From a bacterium (lineage in GTDB: Bacteria; Electryoneota; Electryoneia; Electryoneales; Electryoneaceae): DNA of 64,000 nucleotides. Where the stretch lies: positions 3,872,001 to 3,936,000 of the forward strand of contig CAXXKJ010000002.1 of NCBI GenBank assembly GCA_963675295.2. The letters run 5' to 3'. Shown piece by piece: positions 58,886-64,000 of this stretch. A model generated the notes under the pieces. That model saw only the letters and a program-made list of their open reading frames with translations. It was not told the DNA's origin and ran no database searches. Each line of letters starts with the position of its first letter. Position 1 is the first letter of the stretch. A program made the position numbers and the translations under genes.

Positions 58886-60226
58886 ATGAAACGAACCATT
58901 CTTTTGACCGTTGCGCTGTTGTTGCTCGTGTTGATTGCGGCGCCGTCGTTTGCGATTGACGAACAGGTCAAGGGGCAGTGCATGACCTGCCACAAGGAGA
59001 AGTCGCCTGGACTGTATCACCAGTGGCGGGATTCCGAGCATGCAATGCACAACGTCACCTGCTACGATTGTCACGGCGCGGACCGATCCGACGCGGACGC
59101 GTTCAAGCATGAAGGCGCGTGGATCGCGACGCTGGTCACGCCCGACGATTGCGGCACCTGCCACAAAAAGGAATCAGGCGAGTTCCAACCGTCTCACCAT
59201 GCCAAGGCTGGACAGATTCTCGAGTCGGCGGACGCCTACCTCGCGCATGTGGTCGGCGGCGATCCGGTGGCGATTGTCGGCTGCGAATCGTGCCACGGTG
59301 GCAAGATGGAAATTGATCCGGACAGCCCGAACAAGCTGGCAGTGGGGTCATGGCCGAACTCCGGTATCGGACGAATCAATCCGGACGGCAGCCTTGGTTC
59401 GTGCAACGCCTGCCATGTTCGTCACAGTTTCAGCCGGGCGCAGGCACGTCAGCCGGAAACCTGCGGCAAGTGCCACCTCGGCCCGGACCATCCACAGAAA
59501 GAGATCTACGAGGAATCGAAGCACGGAATTGAATATTACACCAACAAGGACAAGATGAACCTGGACGCCGACCCGTGGATCGTCGGTCAGGATTACGCTG
59601 TCGCCCCGACCTGCGCGACTTGTCACCTGTCGGCGACGAAGGACATGCCGGTGACGCATGACGCCGGTGCGCGACTTTCCTGGACGTTGCGGCCGCCTGT
59701 GAGTAACCTGCAGGAAGATTGGGATGTGAAACGTGACAACATGCAAAACGTTTGCAAGAACTGTCACGGTGGCGTATTCTACAAGGGGCATTATCGTCAG
59801 TTTGACGGACTCGTGAACATGTACAACGAGAAGTTCGCGAAGCCGGCGACGGAGATCATGGGAATTCTGCGCAAGAACCAGGCGCTGGAAAAACCGGCCA
59901 GTTTCAGCAACGACATCGAGTGGATCTACTGGGAAATCTGGCATCATGAAGGCCGGCGTGCGCGTCACGGCGCAGCGATGATGGGCCCGGACTACGCGTG
60001 GTGGCACGGCATATACGAAGTCGGCAAGCACTTTTACTTCGAGTTCATTCCAGCTGTTGAGGAATCCGGCGACGCGGAAGCGATTGCATACGTCGAAGAA
60101 CTGCTCACGAACGATCCGATGCACAACTGGATGAGTCAGAATACGGATGTGTTGAAGCAGGGTATCAAGTCGGGTGAGCTGCAGGAGTTGTACGAAGACA
60201 TGTTCACGCCGACGTACAGCGAATAG
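58886..60226 (+). CDS. Octaheme hydroxylamine-oxidoreductase-family cytochrome c
   Basis: Signal peptide; 8 CxxCH motifs; GRINPDGS.GSC..CH.RH.F, CHLGPDHPQ.EIY.ESKHG, GAAMMGPDY.WWHG. Confidence 0.9.
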   Translation: MKRTILLTVALLLLVLIAAPSFAIDEQVKGQCMTCHKEKSPGLYHQWRDSEHAMHNVTCYDCHGADRSDADAFKHEGAWIATLVTPDDCGTCHKKESGEFQPSHHAKAGQILESADAYLAHVVGGDPVAIVGCESCHGGKMEIDPDSPNKLAVGSWPNSGIGRINPDGSLGSCNACHVRHSFSRAQARQPETCGKCHLGPDHPQKEIYEESKHGIEYYTNKDKMNLDADPWIVGQDYAVAPTCATCHLSATKDMPVTHDAGARLSWTLRPPVSNLQEDWDVKRDNMQNVCKNCHGGVFYKGHYRQFDGLVNMYNEKFAKPATEIMGILRKNQALEKPASFSNDIEWIYWEIWHHEGRRARHGAAMMGPDYAWWHGIYEVGKHFYFEFIPAVEESGDAEAIAYVEELLTNDPMHNWMSQNTDVLKQGIKSGELQELYEDMFTPTYSE

Positions 60227-60244
60227 TCAGCAGGAGGTCCCCCC

Positions 60245-61762
60245 GTGCGCAGACTGTATTTCGCTCTACTCCGTGGACTCGCGGCGAACGCGATCAGCAG
60301 GATCGGTGTGTTTTTAACCACCAGCGCATTCATCCTGTTCGTGCTGTTCTTCTTTGCCACCGCGACCGGTTGGTTGACCAACGCCTACCTCGGGCTGATC
60401 AGCTACATGGCGCTGCCTGGTGTGTTCATCGTCGGGTTGCTGCTGATTCCGTGGGGCTGGCGGCAGCATTCGAAGAAAACGGGACGACCGTTCTCAGACC
60501 TGTTTGCGTCCCAATTTTCCGACGAAGATGTCGCAGCGCGGAAAGCCGGTGCGCCGATTGTCCGGGTTGTGCTGCTGCTGACGCTGGTGAATCTCGTCTT
60601 TATGGGTGTTGTCGGCACGTCGACGGTGCATTTCATGGATTCCGCGCACTTCTGCGGCACGGCCTGCCATGACGTGATGAACCCGGAGTGGATGACCTAC
60701 CAGGGTTCGCCGCACGCACATGTGAAGTGTGTCGAATGCCATGTTGGCGAAGGGTTGGACGCGTTGTTCCTGTCCAAGTTGAACGGCGCGTGGCAGGTGG
60801 TGTCGGCAACATTCGACCTGTACGAACGTCCGATCCCGACGCCGGTTCATAACCTGCGTCCGGCGCGTGAAACCTGCGAACACTGCCACTGGCCGGACAA
60901 ATTCCACGGCAACCGGATCGCGAACCGGATCTCGTTCAAGCGGGATTCCACGTCCACACCGATGTACACGACGCTGATGCTGAAGATCGGCTCCGGCGCG
61001 GAAGGAAACGCGTCCGGTAGCCACTGGCATGTCGCCGAGACCAACGCGGTGCGGTATTCCTCCATCGAGGACGAGCGCAAGGAAATGCTGTGGGTGGAAG
61101 TGCGGCAGGACGATGGCACGTGGAAGCGCTACACCAACACCGACTACCCGCAGTCGGTGGAGACGGGCGAAGAAAATGTCCGTGTGATGGACTGTGTCGA
61201 CTGCCATAACCGTGCGACGCACATCTACGAAGAGCCGGACCGTGCGATCGATGACCGGATGGCGTTCGGGCAGATCGACCGCAGCCTGCCGTACATCAAG
61301 CGTAAGGCACTCGAGGCCCTGACCGGCAGTTATGCAGACAAGGAAGCGGCGCTGCAGTCCATCGAGACCAGCCTGCACAATTATTATCAGCAACGGTTCC
61401 CGGAAATCCTGCCGGAGAAAGCGGACGAACTGGATCAGGCGATTGCCACGCTACAGCAGATTTATGACCGCAACATTCACCCGCACATGAACATTGAGTG
61501 GGGTGCGTACGAAAGCTATCTCGGCCACCGTGACGGGCCGGGCTGCTTCCGGTGCCACGATCCGGCGTTGCAGACGGCCGAGGGTGAATCGATCCCGATG
61601 GACTGCACGTTATGCCATTCGATTCTCGCCGATGAGTCCGCACAACCGTTCGCGTACCTGCAGAGTCTCGACCTGCTCGAACCGGGTTCGGAGAAGAATG
61701 TGCAGAGTTACTTCCAGGACGAGTTCTGGGATGCGGTGGTGAAGGAACAGACACCGGAATAG
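60245..61762 (+). CDS. Membrane-anchored NapC/NirT-family multiheme cytochrome c
   Basis: Three N-terminal TMs; FCGTACH..M.PE.....SPHA.V.CVECH; 5 CxxCH + 1 CxxxCH; GGAGG RBS. Confidence 0.88.
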   Translation: MRRLYFALLRGLAANAISRIGVFLTTSAFILFVLFFFATATGWLTNAYLGLISYMALPGVFIVGLLLIPWGWRQHSKKTGRPFSDLFASQFSDEDVAARKAGAPIVRVVLLLTLVNLVFMGVVGTSTVHFMDSAHFCGTACHDVMNPEWMTYQGSPHAHVKCVECHVGEGLDALFLSKLNGAWQVVSATFDLYERPIPTPVHNLRPARETCEHCHWPDKFHGNRIANRISFKRDSTSTPMYTTLMLKIGSGAEGNASGSHWHVAETNAVRYSSIEDERKEMLWVEVRQDDGTWKRYTNTDYPQSVETGEENVRVMDCVDCHNRATHIYEEPDRAIDDRMAFGQIDRSLPYIKRKALEALTGSYADKEAALQSIETSLHNYYQQRFPEILPEKADELDQAIATLQQIYDRNIHPHMNIEWGAYESYLGHRDGPGCFRCHDPALQTAEGESIPMDCTLCHSILADESAQPFAYLQSLDLLEPGSEKNVQSYFQDEFWDAVVKEQTPE

Positions 61763-61788
61763 GTCTGGATCCGGGGCTAATGGAACCA

Positions 61789-62008
61789 GGGACATCTGGC
61801 GGCACTGGTTGCAGGTGGCTCGGAGTGGGGATGGCAACGAACAAATGCCGACTCACCGCCGCACCGCACAGTCTGTGCCGACAGGTGTCCCTTCTCTTTC
61901 TACCTGGGACATCTGGCGGCACTGGTTGCAGGTGGCTCGGAGTTGGGACGGCAACGAACAAACGCCGACTCACCGCCGCACCGCACAGTCTGTGCCGACA
62001 GGTGTCCC
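61789..62008. repeat. Tandem pair of ~103-bp MITE/REPIN-like units with 17-bp imperfect terminal inverted repeats
   Basis: Units 61789-61891 and 61906-62008 (period 117, 3 substitutions); gggacatctggcggcac ... gtgccgacaggtgtccc. Confidence 0.8.
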
Positions 62009-62054
62009 CTCTCTCTGGAGCCTATGGGATACCTGCACGTGAAAACTGGCGGAT

Positions 62055-62083
62055 AATCCCGACCAGCAAGCTGGTCGGGGCAG
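62055..62083. repeat. REP-like palindrome, family A
   Basis: aatcccgaccagcaagctggtcggggca, as at 14417 and 24496. Confidence 0.85.
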
Positions 62084-62117
62084 ACGACGTGAGCGCGAGG
62101 CTCGGGAAAGAACGAAT

Positions 62118-62155
62118 AAACCGGGGACACTTAACGGAGTAAGTGTCCCCGGTTT
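62118..62155. terminator. Bidirectional terminator (16-bp perfect stem)
   Basis: aaaccggggacactta-acggag-taagtgtccccggttt. Confidence 0.8.
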
Positions 62156-62160
62156 CTAGT

Positions 62161-62249
62161 TCGGTGTTCGGTGATCGATGATCGGTGATCGGAGTATCGT
62201 GTTTTGCGCTTTGTGTTTGCTCAAAGCTCACCTCTCACCACTCACAACT
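62161..62249. repeat. Two heptamer arrays
   Basis: (TCGGTGA)-like x5 62161-62195; (NCTCACN)3 62226-62249. Confidence 0.7.
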
Positions 62250-62253
62250 GTCC

Positions 62254-63480
62254 TTATTCGTACCTCAGCGCCTCGATCGGGTCCAAACGTGACGCCTTCC
62301 ACGCCGGCCACGTGCCAAACGCGAGGCCGATGATGCTGCAGAATAGCAGCCCGACGAAGATGCTCCACAACGGCACCGCCACCGGCAAATTTGCCGCCTG
62401 GCCAAGCAGATAGGCTGAGGCGACGCCAAGTCCAACTCCGATCAAGCCACCGATCTCGGTCAGGATGACGGCTTCCATCAGGAACTGGCTGAGGATGTTT
62501 GAGCGTTTGGCGCCGAGCGCTTTGCGCACTCCGATCTCACGAGTTCGTTCGGTCACGGTGACCAGCATGATGTTCATGATGCCAACCCCGGCGACCAGCA
62601 ACGCGATCGCGGCAATGCCGAATGCGGCGACTTTGATCCACTTGGTCATGTCGTTGAACGAATCGACCAACTCGGCTGAGTTCCAGGTGGCGAAGTTATT
62701 GTCTTCACCGGGTTTCAGGCCACGGGCGGCACGCATGGCGGCAACAGTCTGCTGGATCGCCTCATCCATCCGGGCCGGTTCGGTGACCTGAATGGTGATG
62801 TTCCAGCTTCGTTCCGCACCCCACCAGCGTTCGAAGGTGGTGATTGGAACCGCGACGCGGTAATCCGCCTGCTGGTTAAGCATACTGCCGAGTTCTTCGA
62901 AGACACCGATCACCTGGGCCTTTTCGCCGTTGATGAACACGTCCTCACCGATCGGATCACGGTACGGGAACAAGCGTTTGACGATGGCGTCACCGAGAAT
63001 CACGACCGGGCGCGCATAACGAATGTCCTGTTCGGTGAGGTTGCGTCCACGTCCGATGTCATAGCCATTGTTCGACATTGAACCGGCCGTGCCACCGAGG
63101 ACGACGATGTTCGGGTTGGTCGCGTCGTTTTTATACTTGATCACCGCGCCCCAGTCCCAGACTTCCGGCGCGACGATCTTCGCGAGCGGGACGTTCTGCT
63201 CGATCGCCACCACCTCGCGCATGCCGATCGGCGGCCGGTAGCGGCGGTCACGGTGATGATCACCGAAGTTGATGTTCTGGTCATAGCGCTGCACCTGGAA
63301 CACACCGGCGGAGAGCTGAGTCATCTCTTCTTCGACCATGTTGTTCAGGCCGCGAATGATGGACATCGTGGCGATGATGGTCAGCACGCCAATGACCACA
63401 CCGAGCAGCGTCAACGCACTGCGCAGCTTTGATCCAGAGATGCTGGCGACGGAGACTCTGAGTGCTTCGGATATATTCAT
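62254..63480 (-). CDS. MacB/FtsX-family ABC transporter permease
   Basis: LRS.LT.LG..IG, GIMNIMLVTVTERTREIGVRKALGA, QFL.EA, PA..AS.LDPIEALRYE. Confidence 0.95.
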   Translation of the reverse strand: MNISEALRVSVASISGSKLRSALTLLGVVIGVLTIIATMSIIRGLNNMVEEEMTQLSAGVFQVQRYDQNINFGDHHRDRRYRPPIGMREVVAIEQNVPLAKIVAPEVWDWGAVIKYKNDATNPNIVVLGGTAGSMSNNGYDIGRGRNLTEQDIRYARPVVILGDAIVKRLFPYRDPIGEDVFINGEKAQVIGVFEELGSMLNQQADYRVAVPITTFERWWGAERSWNITIQVTEPARMDEAIQQTVAAMRAARGLKPGEDNNFATWNSAELVDSFNDMTKWIKVAAFGIAAIALLVAGVGIMNIMLVTVTERTREIGVRKALGAKRSNILSQFLMEAVILTEIGGLIGVGLGVASAYLLGQAANLPVAVPLWSIFVGLLFCSIIGLAFGTWPAWKASRLDPIEALRYE

Positions 63481-63492
63481 CAGACTCTCCTG

Positions 63493-63999
63493 TTATTGCG
63501 CTCGCAGCGCTTGAATCGGGTCCATCCGCGCGGCTTTCGCGGCCGGGAACATGCCGAACAGCAGGCCGACCATCGCGGAGAACAGCACCGCCGCACCAGC
63601 CAACCACAAGGGCAACACCGCGGGCAGCGCCTGTTTCAGCAACTGCCCACCGGCAAACGCGAGCAATATCCCTACCGTTCCGCCGAGCATGCAGATCATC
63701 ATCGCTTCGACGAGGAACTGCCACAAGATGTGGGTGGTGCGTGCACCGATGGCTTTGCGCATGCCGATTTCCCACGTTCGTTCGGTGACGGAAACCAGCA
63801 TGATGTTCATGATCCCGATCCCGCCGACGAGCAGGCTGATGCCGCCGATGATCAGGCCGGCGGCATAAATCCCGCCGGTGAGCGTATCGTACAGATCCGA
63901 CAGTGCTTCCTGCCGGTTGATCGCGAAATTGTCTTCGTCCAGCGGCTTCAGGTTTCGCGCGCCACGCATGATCGCGCGGATCTCATCGACGAGATCCTC
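63493..63999 (-). CDS. MacB/FtsX-family ABC permease, C-terminal part (truncated by window edge)
   Basis: GIGIMNIMLVSVTERT.EIG.RKAIGA, DPIQALR; frame open to window end. Confidence 0.93.
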   Translation of the reverse strand, partial: EDLVDEIRAIMRGARNLKPLDEDNFAINRQEALSDLYDTLTGGIYAAGLIIGGISLLVGGIGIMNIMLVSVTERTWEIGMRKAIGARTTHILWQFLVEAMMICMLGGTVGILLAFAGGQLLKQALPAVLPLWLAGAAVLFSAMVGLLFGMFPAAKAARMDPIQALRAQ

Positions 64000-64000
64000 A

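Noticed and set aside
61789-62008. Possible CRISPR array (also 51314-51448)
   Set aside because: Only two long units with no unique spacers and no cas genes.

Overview
GC-rich (~60% by eye) bacterial chromosome segment, probably from an FCB-superphylum lineage (inferred from a PorD/DUF4835-like gene and a T9SS-type 'PNPFNP...SSGVYF' C-terminal sorting domain). The core (~9.3-51.2 kb) is a large Wzx/Wzy-dependent capsule/EPS locus: nucleotide-sugar epimerase and dehydratase, two SLBB export proteins, Wzi, Wzc, Wzx, Wzy, GT4, GT26, a priming phosphoglycosyl transferase, a beta-helix lipoprotein and five PAPS-dependent sulfotransferases. Embedded in it are two giant Pfa-like type I PKS genes: (pseudo-ER)-ER-KS-AT-ACP-ACP-KR and KS-AT-DH-PPTase-T-TE. 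Each carries a long Pro/Gln/Tyr/Gly low-complexity insert after the AT. The best candidate for a new system is a polyketide-lipidated, heavily sulfated glycosaminoglycan-like surface polymer, though this link is inferred from gene context only. Flanking regions hold an AT-rich tcmP gene paired with DUF5131, biotin carboxylase + BCCP, ssb, an octaheme HAO-like cytochrome with a NapC/NirT-like partner, and ABC permeases. Intergenic DNA is rich in REP-like hairpins with a shared TGCC foot and in strand-polarised heptamer arrays. No CRISPR array, rRNA, tRNA or transposase was seen. Family assignments are by motif recognition; no database search was run.
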